Assembly: GCA_039811685.1 (NCBI GenBank)
Contig: JBDHZC010000001.1
Span: 384,001-448,000 of the forward strand
Length of the DNA stretch: 64,000 nt
Direction: 5' to 3'
From: Armatimonadota bacterium
GTDB taxonomy: Bacteria; Armatimonadota; UBA5829; DSUL01
The translations under genes and the position numbers were made by a program. Of the stretch, positions 49,723 to 59,846 are shown piece after piece. Under the pieces are notes generated by a model. It was given only the letters and a program-made list of their open reading frames with translations. It did not search any database and was not told the origin of the DNA. Within the stretch, counting starts at the first letter, position 1, and each line of letters begins with the position of its first letter.

Positions 49723-50913
49723 ATGCCAGATATTGCCAACAGTCCCATAACCGAGTTAGTTCGACGCACGCGTCCACTTCAGCCTTTTGACAGTGTAACC
49801 CGCGCCATCTCCTCCATGAGGTCTCACGGCGGCTCGGCAGCGCTGGTGGTATCGGATTATGAGGTGGTCGGGATGGTGCGCGAGGCAGACATCCTGTCGC
49901 TGGTGGCTGCGTCTTCGAACGGAAATGGATACGAACAACAAACCCTGCCCACCATCTCTTCAATCGTGAGGCCAGCCCCTACATACGTCCCGGAAGGAAG
50001 CACTATCCAGGAGGCCACGGGACAGTTCACGGCTACGGGAGCAGATGTGCTGCCAGTGGTCGGGCAAAGCGGAATGTACGTTGGCTATCTACTGCGAAGT
50101 GATCTGACAGCAGCAGTTACGAGCGCGATTCGCCCTCCGACTGTCGGCGGGCTTGCGACACCGCTGGGAGTCCATCTGACCTGCGGCTCGCAACGCGGAG
50201 GCGTGGGAGATTTCGCTCTGATGCTGACCGGAGCCATGTTCGGTCTGCTGGGTGTGCTGGGAGGCGCGCTATACTGGTTGTTGGCCTGGGCGGTACAGCG
50301 ATGGTCTGGACAGCCCGTGTACTCGGCGCTTCTCTCTCCGCCAATCGGAGTTCCCAATCCGTACGATGCGCCGCTTTATCTGCAGGCGTTCGTGCAGGCG
50401 CTGGCCGTTCTGGTTGGTATTCGGTTATCCAGAGTTGCTGGCTACCACGCGGCAGAGCATCAGACAGTCCACGCGATCGAACAGGGAGAAGGCCTGGACT
50501 ACGAGTCGGTCAGGCGCATGCCACGCGTTCATCCGCGGTGCGGGACAAACCTTATGGTGGCGGCCTCCATTTTTACTCTGCTTCTAATGCTCTTCCCGAG
50601 CCCGGCGGTCGTTTTTGTCGCTATAATAATCGTTCTCGTAGGGTGGAGGACTATCGGCGGTTGGATGCAGCAGTACATCACGACACGCCCGGCAACAAAA
50701 GAGCAGATTGCCAGTGGAATCAAAGCTGGGGAGGAGCTGCTTCGGAACTATCGGGACGAGGTGATTGGCATCCGTCCAATCTCAAACAGATTCTGGAATG
50801 TCGGTTTTCCGCAAGTATTGCTTGGGCTGATGGCGGTTATGCTGGCATCTCAGGCGCTCGGAATGGCGATTGAGCGAATCTGGCATATCAGACTTCTATT
50901 CTTGATGGGTTAG
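49723..50913 (+). CDS. CBS-pair plus DUF1385 fusion membrane protein
   Basis: N-terminal CBS repeats (VVGMV..ADI, LPVV...G.YVG.L..SDL); C-terminal YHAAEHQTVHA.E, R.HPRCGTN, Q.ITTRP. Confidence 0.8.
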   Translation: MPDIANSPITELVRRTRPLQPFDSVTRAISSMRSHGGSAALVVSDYEVVGMVREADILSLVAASSNGNGYEQQTLPTISSIVRPAPTYVPEGSTIQEATGQFTATGADVLPVVGQSGMYVGYLLRSDLTAAVTSAIRPPTVGGLATPLGVHLTCGSQRGGVGDFALMLTGAMFGLLGVLGGALYWLLAWAVQRWSGQPVYSALLSPPIGVPNPYDAPLYLQAFVQALAVLVGIRLSRVAGYHAAEHQTVHAIEQGEGLDYESVRRMPRVHPRCGTNLMVAASIFTLLLMLFPSPAVVFVAIIIVLVGWRTIGGWMQQYITTRPATKEQIASGIKAGEELLRNYRDEVIGIRPISNRFWNVGFPQVLLGLMAVMLASQALGMAIERIWHIRLLFLMG

Positions 50914-50955
50914 CGCGCCGGAGTGCGGCGCAAGGTTTTCGGAAGGATTTCTGTT

Positions 50956-52626
50956 TTGGCAAAGGATCGAGTGACAGAAATAGTGCAGGCAGCTCTCACG
51001 AGCGCGCGAGATCAGGGACTGCTCAGCTTCGAGGGCGTGCCTGAGATCACGATTGAAGTTCCGCGCAGTAAAGAGCACGGTGACTTCTCCTGCAACGTTG
51101 CGATGGCGCTGGCTCGTGAAGCCGGGCTTCCGCCCCGAAGCATCGCAGAACATGTCGTAAAGAACATAGCTGAAGATGGCATCATCGAACGCACGGAGAT
51201 CGCCGGAGCAGGATTCATCAACTTCTATCTGAAACCAGGCTGGCTGCACGACATCGTCAGGGACATCGACGAACAGGGAGCAGAATATGGGCGCAGTGAC
51301 GCTGGTAAAGACCTGCGGGTCCTGCTCGAGTTTGTCAGCGCCAACCCTAATGGGCCGATTACGGTGGCTAGCGCTCGCGGAGGTGTAATCGGCGACACGC
51401 TGGCGCGTCTCTACGAACTCACAGGTGCGGCAGTCGCGCGCGAGTACTACATTAATGACGCCGCAAACTCCACGCAGATGATCAACTTCGGCAAGTCCGT
51501 AGTTGTACGGTATCTGCAGGAGTTGGGCAAAGATGTGGAGATGCCAGAGGACGGCTACCAGGGAGACTATGTCACACAGATCGCACGGGAGATTGCCGAG
51601 AAAGACGGTGATAAATGGGTAGCTGCGGATGAGGAGCAGCGTCTGACGGAGTTCACGCGCAGATCCGAGGCGGCTATGATTGACCAGCAGCGCGAAGATC
51701 TGGAAGAGTTTGGTATCACGTTCGACCGCTGGTTCAGCGAGCGCTCTTTGCACGACTCGGGCAAAGTAAAAGAGACGGTTGATCTGTTGACCGAGCGTGG
51801 GTACACCTATGAGCAGGAAGGCGCTGTGTGGCTGAGAAGCTCTGCATTCGGTGACGATAAAGACCGGGCTCTTGTGCGCTCCAACGGCCAGCCGACCTAC
51901 ATTGCCGCAGACGCAGCGTATCACGCCGACAAGTTCCGGCGCGGGTGGAACAAGCTGATCAACATCTGGGGGGCGGATCACCACGGGTACGTCCCCCGAA
52001 CCAAAGCCGCTATTGCTGCTCTCGGATATCCGGCGGAGGAGCTGGATGTGATCATCTATCAGACGGTGCGCCTGTTTTCGGGCGGCGAGCTGGTGATGAT
52101 GTCCAAGCGCGCGGGAGACGTGATATCGCTTTCTGAGTTGATGCGAGAAGTTGGACGTGACGCGGCGCGCTACTTCTTATTGATGCGAAGCTATGACAGC
52201 CCGCTTGACTTCGACCTGGAGCTGGCCAAGAGCGAGTCAGAGGAAAATCCTATCTACTACGTCCAGTATGCTCACGCGCGCATCGCGGCGATTTTGCGCA
52301 AAGCGCAGGAGGAAGGCTGGAGCGTTCCCGCCGCAGGTGACGCGCATTTGGAGCTGATTACGGAAGAGGCGGAGACAGATCTGATCAAGAAGCTCGGAAG
52401 CTGGCCGGAGGAGGTTGCAACCGCTGCCTTCCAGCACGAACCTCACCGTCTCGCCCCCTTTGCGATTGATCTGGCGCGGTTGTTCCATAAATTCTATACG
52501 GACTGCCGCGTACTGGGGGAGGACCGGCTGCTCTCAGAAGCGAGGCTCACGTTGGTGAAGGCGACGCGCACGGTACTGGCGAACCTCCTGAATACAATGG
52601 GAGTCTCGGCGCCAGAGCGCATGTAG
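50956..52626 (+). CDS. argS: Arginine--tRNA ligase
   Basis: HGDFSCN.AM, AGAGFINF, EFVSANP, WGADHHGY, MSKRAG, NPIYYVQYAHAR, GVSAPERM; TTG start at 50956. Confidence 0.96.
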   Translation: MAKDRVTEIVQAALTSARDQGLLSFEGVPEITIEVPRSKEHGDFSCNVAMALAREAGLPPRSIAEHVVKNIAEDGIIERTEIAGAGFINFYLKPGWLHDIVRDIDEQGAEYGRSDAGKDLRVLLEFVSANPNGPITVASARGGVIGDTLARLYELTGAAVAREYYINDAANSTQMINFGKSVVVRYLQELGKDVEMPEDGYQGDYVTQIAREIAEKDGDKWVAADEEQRLTEFTRRSEAAMIDQQREDLEEFGITFDRWFSERSLHDSGKVKETVDLLTERGYTYEQEGAVWLRSSAFGDDKDRALVRSNGQPTYIAADAAYHADKFRRGWNKLINIWGADHHGYVPRTKAAIAALGYPAEELDVIIYQTVRLFSGGELVMMSKRAGDVISLSELMREVGRDAARYFLLMRSYDSPLDFDLELAKSESEENPIYYVQYAHARIAAILRKAQEEGWSVPAAGDAHLELITEEAETDLIKKLGSWPEEVATAAFQHEPHRLAPFAIDLARLFHKFYTDCRVLGEDRLLSEARLTLVKATRTVLANLLNTMGVSAPERM

Positions 52627-52635
52627 GCCCGCTGG

Positions 52636-55347
52636 TTGATCAGACATCTACGGATAATCGGTGCGCTTCGATGTTCCGATGCGCCATTCTCTGCCGGTAG
52701 CCCCGGCCCAGCCCAGACTCACGGCAGGACGAGTAGCCAATCCGAGGGAGTCAGCAAGGACAGACAAATCCTCAAACCGGGTTTTCCAAAAACTGGACAT
52801 TGTCAGAGGGCGGTCTGGGCAGCGTTGGCAATGCTCTTACCGCTCTCTTCGCATGCGTCTGATTCACCAGTTGGCGGCGTTTTTACGGACAAGACAGGCG
52901 CTGCTCACACATGGACCGTCAATGACGCCCACGCTCTGATTTGGGACAGCCAACCGTTTCTTCCGGTCGGCGGAATGTTTTGTTCCAAATATCTCACGAC
53001 GGCTCAGACAGATGAAAACTGGAGTGCAGACATCCAGGCTCTCCAGCTTCTGAAAGCCCGGGACATTCTTGATCTCTATGTCAATCCCGTTTTCCCGGCG
53101 ACCTCGCGGCCGCCGGCAGCCTGGCAGAAGCTGCTGGACTATCTGGATTCCGAAGGCTTTCGGTACGGAATTGAGCTTGCTGACGGCCCGTCCAAACCAC
53201 TGACAGCCTGGATTCTGCATCCGAGTCTCTACCGCCTGCCCGATATCACCTCGGACAAGACGCTAAGTTTCACACTCCCCTACTGCGTGGGCGGTATATG
53301 GGCGCTGGCCGATGCCAAGACAGGTGAAATCACAAAGATGGGCTCGCTGCGCCCGGAAAACGGCAAAGTCTCGCTGGACGTTCGCGGCTCGGCTGAGTCC
53401 CCACGCATTCTGTTGCTGTACCCCCTCAAGCGGATCAATGCGGATAAGGATGGACTGCAGAACTTCTGGGAGGGTTACGACGAATATCGCGACCGCGTCC
53501 TTCAGACTTTCTCGAGCGTGAAGTTTGGCCCGGGACTGCGCTTCTGGGTGGATCCGTTCATGAACGAAATGGGCATCAGGGGCGAGTCTCAGTTTGCGAT
53601 TCCGTCAAGCCCAGGCTACAGGCTCGAACTGGAAGCGTGGTTGAAAAGGCGCTACACAGACGTCAACTCGCTGTCAGCGGCGTGGCAGCTTGGCTCAGAT
53701 ATCCGCACTTTTGAGCAGGCGTCACAGATCATCCCGCTGTGGAATCAGAACAAAGGCCTGGCTTACGTTTACAACACTGTCACGGGCGCCACGAGCAAGC
53801 TGACAGGTCATACCAGCCGGATGTGGGACGATCTGTTGGCGTTTCGCAATGATTCCATTCGCGGATATCTCAACAGCATATCAGTGTTGCTGAAGCGGCA
53901 GGTGGCGAATGTTCCCGTTGTCGTCAAATGGACGGCAAATCATGCGTATCTGTTCAATAGCGACACGTCCGGGTTTGACGGTATTGGTGTGGAGGCGTAC
54001 GGCCGCCCAGAAACGATAGGACCCTTGGCCGGAGCCCAGTGCCTGGCGATAGTCGAGCAGTGCCAGCGCCCAATGTGGCTCTTGACGACGGAGACGCAGA
54101 CGGACTCTTCAGCAACTAAGCCGACAGCCGGATATGCCAGCAGATCCGAGATGCTCGACTCGCTTACGGTTCTGAGAGAATCTGGATCCAAAGGCTTCTA
54201 TGTTTTTGGATTGCAGCTTCTCCCAGAAACAATGTGGCGTAACTTCGAGCTGATAAGAACGCCTGAGCAGTTGGACTGGCTGAAGGATTTCAAAGATCAG
54301 ATTGACGCGGAGCCGTTGCTGGCCGAATGGAAACCCCGGGCAATCTGGTTTTCTGCGAACAATCCTCTGGGCGCTGACCTGGAGCAGATTGAACCAGATT
54401 TGTGGTGGCTCCCACGTCAGACGGACGCGCAGCCCATCACGATGGGAAACGATCTTCACGGCTACTCTATTCGAGACGCCCAGGGGAAAGCTCTGTATCT
54501 TTGGACGAGTGGAGAACCCCGAAATCTTGTGATAGAGCCCCCCGTCGGCGTCAGACCTTTTGTGTACTTCACCGGTGTGAACAAGGCACAGCGTCAGGCA
54601 AAATTCGAAAAGCGCCGGGTGACCATCCCTCTGACTCAATATCCTGTTGTGATCCGGGGAGTTGATACAGATTCGCTTCTGACCTCCGAAAGTCTCCTCC
54701 ACCAGGTGGAATATCTGACCAGACTGCTTGACCGCGCTGAACAGCAGAAAATTCCGTCCGGGCAGTGGAAGATGGCGCTGGATAACTCAAAGCAGATGAT
54801 CAAGAGTGAGCGTTTTCCAATGGCAGAGGCGACTCTTAGAGGGGCAATCCATGAGCTGGAACCACTGGTGGCGCCATTTTTCTGGATCGAAGGTGAGGAC
54901 GCGTCTGAGACCAACTTCGATTCCTCACAGTACTCGCGCCTGGCGAGCAAGTACAGATATCTACGGCTGTTCACCGACGTGGATCCGCCTATGGCGCCCT
55001 ATTCCGCCAGCTATCCGGTGTTTGTCGCGGCGGACGGGGACTATGACATCTGGCTGGCCGGGTCTGCTCCGGGACAGCCGGTGACATCTCCTGTTTCCTG
55101 GCAGGTTGACGGCTCTTCGTGGACACCGGTGGCACCGGCTGCCACGGCCGGACAAGCCTACGCACCGGATCTGTACTGGACAAAAATTGCCACAGCCCAT
55201 CTGGCTCCGGGCAAGCATGTGGTGCGGCTGCGCGTGGACGGCAGGCGCAAGGAGCCAGATCAGAACTATGTGATGTTTATCGACGCTCTGGTGGTATCAC
55301 AGGGTGCTTTCAAGCCAGATGGCGTAAAGAGACCAGAGCTGCAGTGA
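52636..55347 (+). CDS. Large exported hypothetical protein, possible clan GH-A (GH42-like) barrel plus C-terminal CBM-like domain; start uncertain
   Basis: Signal-like AVWAALAMLLPLSSHA; WL..RY.....L..AW and W.D...FR pattern of GH42-like proteins; WIEGE...G.Y.IW.AG...GKH...L...IDAL jelly-roll C-terminus. Confidence 0.5.
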   Translation: MIRHLRIIGALRCSDAPFSAGSPGPAQTHGRTSSQSEGVSKDRQILKPGFPKTGHCQRAVWAALAMLLPLSSHASDSPVGGVFTDKTGAAHTWTVNDAHALIWDSQPFLPVGGMFCSKYLTTAQTDENWSADIQALQLLKARDILDLYVNPVFPATSRPPAAWQKLLDYLDSEGFRYGIELADGPSKPLTAWILHPSLYRLPDITSDKTLSFTLPYCVGGIWALADAKTGEITKMGSLRPENGKVSLDVRGSAESPRILLLYPLKRINADKDGLQNFWEGYDEYRDRVLQTFSSVKFGPGLRFWVDPFMNEMGIRGESQFAIPSSPGYRLELEAWLKRRYTDVNSLSAAWQLGSDIRTFEQASQIIPLWNQNKGLAYVYNTVTGATSKLTGHTSRMWDDLLAFRNDSIRGYLNSISVLLKRQVANVPVVVKWTANHAYLFNSDTSGFDGIGVEAYGRPETIGPLAGAQCLAIVEQCQRPMWLLTTETQTDSSATKPTAGYASRSEMLDSLTVLRESGSKGFYVFGLQLLPETMWRNFELIRTPEQLDWLKDFKDQIDAEPLLAEWKPRAIWFSANNPLGADLEQIEPDLWWLPRQTDAQPITMGNDLHGYSIRDAQGKALYLWTSGEPRNLVIEPPVGVRPFVYFTGVNKAQRQAKFEKRRVTIPLTQYPVVIRGVDTDSLLTSESLLHQVEYLTRLLDRAEQQKIPSGQWKMALDNSKQMIKSERFPMAEATLRGAIHELEPLVAPFFWIEGEDASETNFDSSQYSRLASKYRYLRLFTDVDPPMAPYSASYPVFVAADGDYDIWLAGSAPGQPVTSPVSWQVDGSSWTPVAPAATAGQAYAPDLYWTKIATAHLAPGKHVVRLRVDGRRKEPDQNYVMFIDALVVSQGAFKPDGVKRPELQ

Positions 55348-56201
55348 CTTCGCAGACTCAACCGCGCTACCGTCCACGACTCCTCTGGGCTATTCGTCGA
55401 GCACTTGGTGATTACTACGACCGACTGGGGCTGACCGTTCTCGGAAGTATCGTGTTGCTTGTTCCGCTGATGATAGCAACAACTCTGGGCGGAGTGCTGG
55501 ACCGCTTCATTCCGCGGGCAATAGCAACTGTTTTGGTGGCGCTTCTCGCCTGGTATGGAGTCAGCTTCGCGTGGGCGGGCAATGTTTTGCAGGCTCACCG
55601 AATTGCCGCTTTTGAAGACCCCGGGATAGACGCTTACGGGCAATTATTCCGTCGTTACGGCACAGGCATCTTAAAGCTTGCGAGCATCCAGCTCGTAATT
55701 ACGCTCGTTGTATTACTTGACACGGCGTTTTTCTTGCATCAACGGTTCTGGGTAATGCAGATTGCTGGAGTGATTACAGCGTACATTCTCCTCCTTTGGA
55801 GCATGATGATTCTGTGGCACTACCCATTTCTGATATACGAAAACGGCAAGACACTCAGGATTCTCAAGAAGTCCGCCCTCGTCGTCATGGATAATGCCTT
55901 CTTCACAGCAGCCGCCTTGTTTGTTACAATAGCGGGCGGCATCCTGCTGACAGTGTCTGTCGTGGGCGCGCCTCTGGCCTTTGGCGGAGTTCTGAGCTGC
56001 TTTGTTGTGCGCGCGCACCGCGAGTGCCTGAAAAAGTATGAGATGGCTGAAGATGAGCCGGAGGAACTACAGGACGCAGGGTGGCCTCAAACGAAAGACC
56101 CGCCGCGTCGGCTGAACCCGCGACTATCGCCTGCCGGCATGGCATCAAAGCAGAGGTCTGATAGCCCGACTGATTACCCCAATGAAACGGAACATACGTA
56201 A
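55344..56201 (+). CDS. Membrane protein (DUF624/YesL-like)
   Basis: About six TM segments, YPFL...LKKSAL; GTGA overlap with the upstream stop. Confidence 0.55.
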   Translation: MTSQTQPRYRPRLLWAIRRALGDYYDRLGLTVLGSIVLLVPLMIATTLGGVLDRFIPRAIATVLVALLAWYGVSFAWAGNVLQAHRIAAFEDPGIDAYGQLFRRYGTGILKLASIQLVITLVVLLDTAFFLHQRFWVMQIAGVITAYILLLWSMMILWHYPFLIYENGKTLRILKKSALVVMDNAFFTAAALFVTIAGGILLTVSVVGAPLAFGGVLSCFVVRAHRECLKKYEMAEDEPEELQDAGWPQTKDPPRRLNPRLSPAGMASKQRSDSPTDYPNETEHT

Positions 56202-57142
56202 TGGCTGATGTAGTGTGTCTTGGCATCCTGGTAGCTGACGTGGTTGGCAAACCCGTCGAAACACTTCCCGAGCGTGGCAAGCTGACTCTGGTGGACAGAA
56301 TGGAGCTTCACACGGGAGGCAACGCAGCTAACAGCGGTATCGGCCTTGCGAAAATCGGTATTGACGTCGCCGTTATTGGAAAAGTCGGAGACGATGGGTT
56401 TGGCGATTTCATGGTTAACCGGCTTGAGCGCAACGGAATCGACACGCACGGTGTTGTGCGCGACAAAGAAGTGGCGACTTCGGCTACTATGGTTATGGTC
56501 CACAAAGACGGGGAGCGCAGTTTTATTCACTATCTCGGCGCCAACGCTGCGCTTGTGGAAAGCGACATTGACTACTCGATTATCGAGGGCGCAAAAGTCC
56601 TTGACGTTACGGGCACTTTCCTTTTGCCAGGGATCGACGGAGAGCCGACAGCCCGGATTTTGAAGAAAGCCCGCGCCATGGGGGTCACCACAGCGCTGGA
56701 CAGTTGCTGGGACTCAAAAGGACAGTGGATGACGCTTTTGGAGCCGTGCCTTCCGTACCTTGATTACGCATTGCCGAGTCTGAATGAAGCCCAGATGGTG
56801 ACCGGAAAAGAAGCTCCGGCTGATGTAGCGCAAGTGCTGCTGGACAAAGGGGTCCGGACAGTCGGACTCAAGCTGGGCGAAGACGGTTGTTACATCCGCA
56901 ACGCCGATACAGAGTTTACGATGCCACCGTTCGTTGTAGAGTGTCAGGATGCGCTTGGCGCTGGAGACAGTTGGGTGGCTGGCTTCCTCACGGGAGTGGT
57001 CAAAGGCTGGAGCCTTGAAGAAACCGCAAGGTTTGCCAACGCTGTTGGCGCATCCTGCGTCACCGCCCTCGGAGCGACCACCGGAATTAAGAGTCTGGCT
57101 GAAACCCAGGAGTTTATGAAGAACACTCCCGTACGCGCTTAA
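56201..57142 (+). CDS. PfkB family carbohydrate kinase
   Basis: GGNAANSG, GKVGDDGFG, DGERSF, DALGAGDSW.AG. Confidence 0.92.
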   Translation: MADVVCLGILVADVVGKPVETLPERGKLTLVDRMELHTGGNAANSGIGLAKIGIDVAVIGKVGDDGFGDFMVNRLERNGIDTHGVVRDKEVATSATMVMVHKDGERSFIHYLGANAALVESDIDYSIIEGAKVLDVTGTFLLPGIDGEPTARILKKARAMGVTTALDSCWDSKGQWMTLLEPCLPYLDYALPSLNEAQMVTGKEAPADVAQVLLDKGVRTVGLKLGEDGCYIRNADTEFTMPPFVVECQDALGAGDSWVAGFLTGVVKGWSLEETARFANAVGASCVTALGATTGIKSLAETQEFMKNTPVRA

Positions 57143-57197
57143 AAGGAACGGGTACAACGCGCATGAACTGTCTGAAGGAAGTATCGCCCTTAGAAAT

Positions 57198-59846
57198 ATG
57201 ACTGGAAAAGAGCTACGCAAGAAATACATCGAGTTTTTTGAGTCCAAGGGTTGCCTGCATCTCCCCAGTGACTCCCTGGTTCCTGACGACCCCAGCCTGT
57301 TGTTCACCTCAGCCGGAATGGTACAGTTCAAGCCTTACTTTATCGGCGCGGAAACTCCACCGCGGGCTCGCGTAGTGACAGCTCAGAAGTGTTTGCGCAC
57401 GGATGACATTGACGAAGTCGGTGACGCTGTTCATCACACTTTCTTTGAGATGATGGGCAACTTCTCATTTGGAGACTACTTCAAACGAGAGGCAATCCTC
57501 TGGGCATGGGAGTTTCTGACTGACTGGTTGCACTTACCGCAGGACCGGATCTGGACAAGCGTCTATCTCGATGACGACGAGGCTGCGCAGGTCTGGCTTC
57601 ATGAGGTTGGTCTGCCCCCGGAGCGCGTCGTGCGCCTGGGTGAAGATAAGAACTACTGGCCGGCGAATGCCCCGTCCAGGGGACCCAACGGCCCATGCGG
57701 ACCATGCAATGAGATATTCCTCGACATGCGTCCAGAACTCGGTCCCCCGGACGACCCGCCGGATGCTATAGCTCATGACAGCAACCGCTTTGTTGAGATG
57801 TGGAACCTTGTGTTTATGCAGTTTTTGCGTGGCGAAGGCGGAGAACTGACACCACTTCCTACAAAAAACATAGATACAGGTCTCGGGCTTGAGCGGGTGA
57901 CGGCAATATTGCAGGAAGCGCCGAGCGACTACGAAACTGATCTGTTCTGGCCTCTCATCCAGAAGATGGAGAAGCTGGCGGGCGTCAAATACGGTTCCAA
58001 TGAGGCCACGACAACCGCCCTGCGGACTATTGCGGACCACGTGCGCGGAGCAGTGTTTTGTATTGGCGACGGTGTGATGCCTTCGAATGTCAAACGCGGC
58101 TACGTTCTGAGAAGGATGATCAGAAGAGCTGCGATAAAGGCGCGACAGATCGGGTATGAGGGTCTGTTTCTGCACGGCTTAGCGCCCACGGTCGCTGAGA
58201 TGTTTGAGGACGCCTATCCTGACGTGGCCAATCGTCTCAGCTTCATCACCAACGTCCTGCGAAGCGAAGAAGAGAAGTTCCAGAAGACTCTTTCTGGCGG
58301 TATACACAGACTGGAAGAAGAGATCAGGACCGCTCAGGCTTCAGAGAGCGAAACGATTGGTGGCGCAGTTGTCTTCACTCTTTACGACACGTATGGCTTT
58401 CCTTCTGAGCTAACAGATGAGCTTTCGCGAGCTGAAGGACTCCGGGCGGATCTCGACGGCTTTGAGCGTTTGATGGAGGAGCAACGTGCGCGGGCCAGAC
58501 AATCTGGCGGAATGTTCGCAGACGTTTTCAGCGGTGGTGAAACGTCAATCGCCAACCTCCAAAAGGCTGTCAACAAAACGGAGTTTCTGGGTTATGACAC
58601 TATAGATGCGCAGGCAAAGGTCCTCGCCATCCTGCATAACGGTGAGATGGTCGAGGCTGCGCAGGAAGGGGAGCAAATCCAGATCGTCCTGGATCGAACG
58701 CCGTTCTACGCGGAATCCGGTGGACAGATCGGAGACTTCGGACACATCAGCAGCGAGAGCGGTGTCGTCAATGTAGTAGATACGAGAAAAGCCGCTGATA
58801 TCTGGCTGCACGATGCAGTTGTGGCTTCAGGAGAGATCCGCCTGGATCAAAACGTTGAAGCCAGCGTGCAGGGAGAGCGCCGCATTGCTATCATGCGCAA
58901 CCACACCGCGACCCACCTGCTGCATGCCGCGCTGCGAAAGCATCTTGGAGAACACGTGACCCAGGCCGGTTCGCTGGTGGCTCCAGACCGCCTGCGCTTC
59001 GATTTCACTCATTTCCAGGCTGTCACGCCGCAAGAGCTACGCGCCATAGAGAATGAAGTAAATCGTCACATTCTGGCCGATATCCCTGTCACTAAAAAGG
59101 TAATGCCGCTGGACGAAGCTCGATCCCGCGGAGCTATGGCGCTTTTCGGCGAGAAATACGGGGCTGAAGTTCGCACTGTGACCATCGGAGATGTGAGTAT
59201 GGAGCTGTGCGGAGGAACTCATCTGGAGCGCACAGCGGAGGTCGGATTATTCAAGATTCTTTCGGAAGCAAGCGTAGCCGCAGGCGTACGCCGCATCGAA
59301 GCAGTCACGGGACAAGGTTCTCTGGAATACGTCCATACGTTGGAAGACAGGTTGCGTGAGATAGCTTCCAGGCTTCAGGCGCCACAGGCGGAAGCTGTGC
59401 AGGCAATAGACCGGTTGCAGATTACGCTCAGAGACATGCAACAGAAGCTCTCTGCAATCCAGGGCAAATCCAGCCAGGAGGAAGCCACTCAGCTTGCCAG
59501 CTCAGCTGTACAGGTTGACGGCTTCAAAGCGATCTGCGCTCAGACGCAAATCACAGATGCCAATGCGATGAGCGCCCTTGCGGATCAGCTTGCCGCCAGG
59601 CTGAAATCAGCCATCGTCGTGTTGGGGTCCGCTTCGGACGGAAAAGTGATGCTGGTGTCCAAGGTTACACAGGACCTGGTGGACCGCGGATTTCACGCCG
59701 GCAACATCGTCAAAGTAGCGGCACAGGAGGCCGGAGGAGGCGGTGGCGGGCGTCCAGACTTCGCCAAAGCAGGTGGCAAGAATCCAGCCAAGCTGGCCTC
59801 GGCGCTGGAAAAAGCTCTGGAGATGATCCGGAAAAAGGTTGACTGA
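57198..59846 (+). CDS. alaS: Alanine--tRNA ligase
   Basis: LLFTSAGMVQFK, HHTFFEMMGNFSFGDYFK, IDTGLGLER, NHTATHLLH, ELCGGTH editing domain, GGGGGR. Confidence 0.98.
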   Translation: MTGKELRKKYIEFFESKGCLHLPSDSLVPDDPSLLFTSAGMVQFKPYFIGAETPPRARVVTAQKCLRTDDIDEVGDAVHHTFFEMMGNFSFGDYFKREAILWAWEFLTDWLHLPQDRIWTSVYLDDDEAAQVWLHEVGLPPERVVRLGEDKNYWPANAPSRGPNGPCGPCNEIFLDMRPELGPPDDPPDAIAHDSNRFVEMWNLVFMQFLRGEGGELTPLPTKNIDTGLGLERVTAILQEAPSDYETDLFWPLIQKMEKLAGVKYGSNEATTTALRTIADHVRGAVFCIGDGVMPSNVKRGYVLRRMIRRAAIKARQIGYEGLFLHGLAPTVAEMFEDAYPDVANRLSFITNVLRSEEEKFQKTLSGGIHRLEEEIRTAQASESETIGGAVVFTLYDTYGFPSELTDELSRAEGLRADLDGFERLMEEQRARARQSGGMFADVFSGGETSIANLQKAVNKTEFLGYDTIDAQAKVLAILHNGEMVEAAQEGEQIQIVLDRTPFYAESGGQIGDFGHISSESGVVNVVDTRKAADIWLHDAVVASGEIRLDQNVEASVQGERRIAIMRNHTATHLLHAALRKHLGEHVTQAGSLVAPDRLRFDFTHFQAVTPQELRAIENEVNRHILADIPVTKKVMPLDEARSRGAMALFGEKYGAEVRTVTIGDVSMELCGGTHLERTAEVGLFKILSEASVAAGVRRIEAVTGQGSLEYVHTLEDRLREIASRLQAPQAEAVQAIDRLQITLRDMQQKLSAIQGKSSQEEATQLASSAVQVDGFKAICAQTQITDANAMSALADQLAARLKSAIVVLGSASDGKVMLVSKVTQDLVDRGFHAGNIVKVAAQEAGGGGGGRPDFAKAGGKNPAKLASALEKALEMIRKKVD

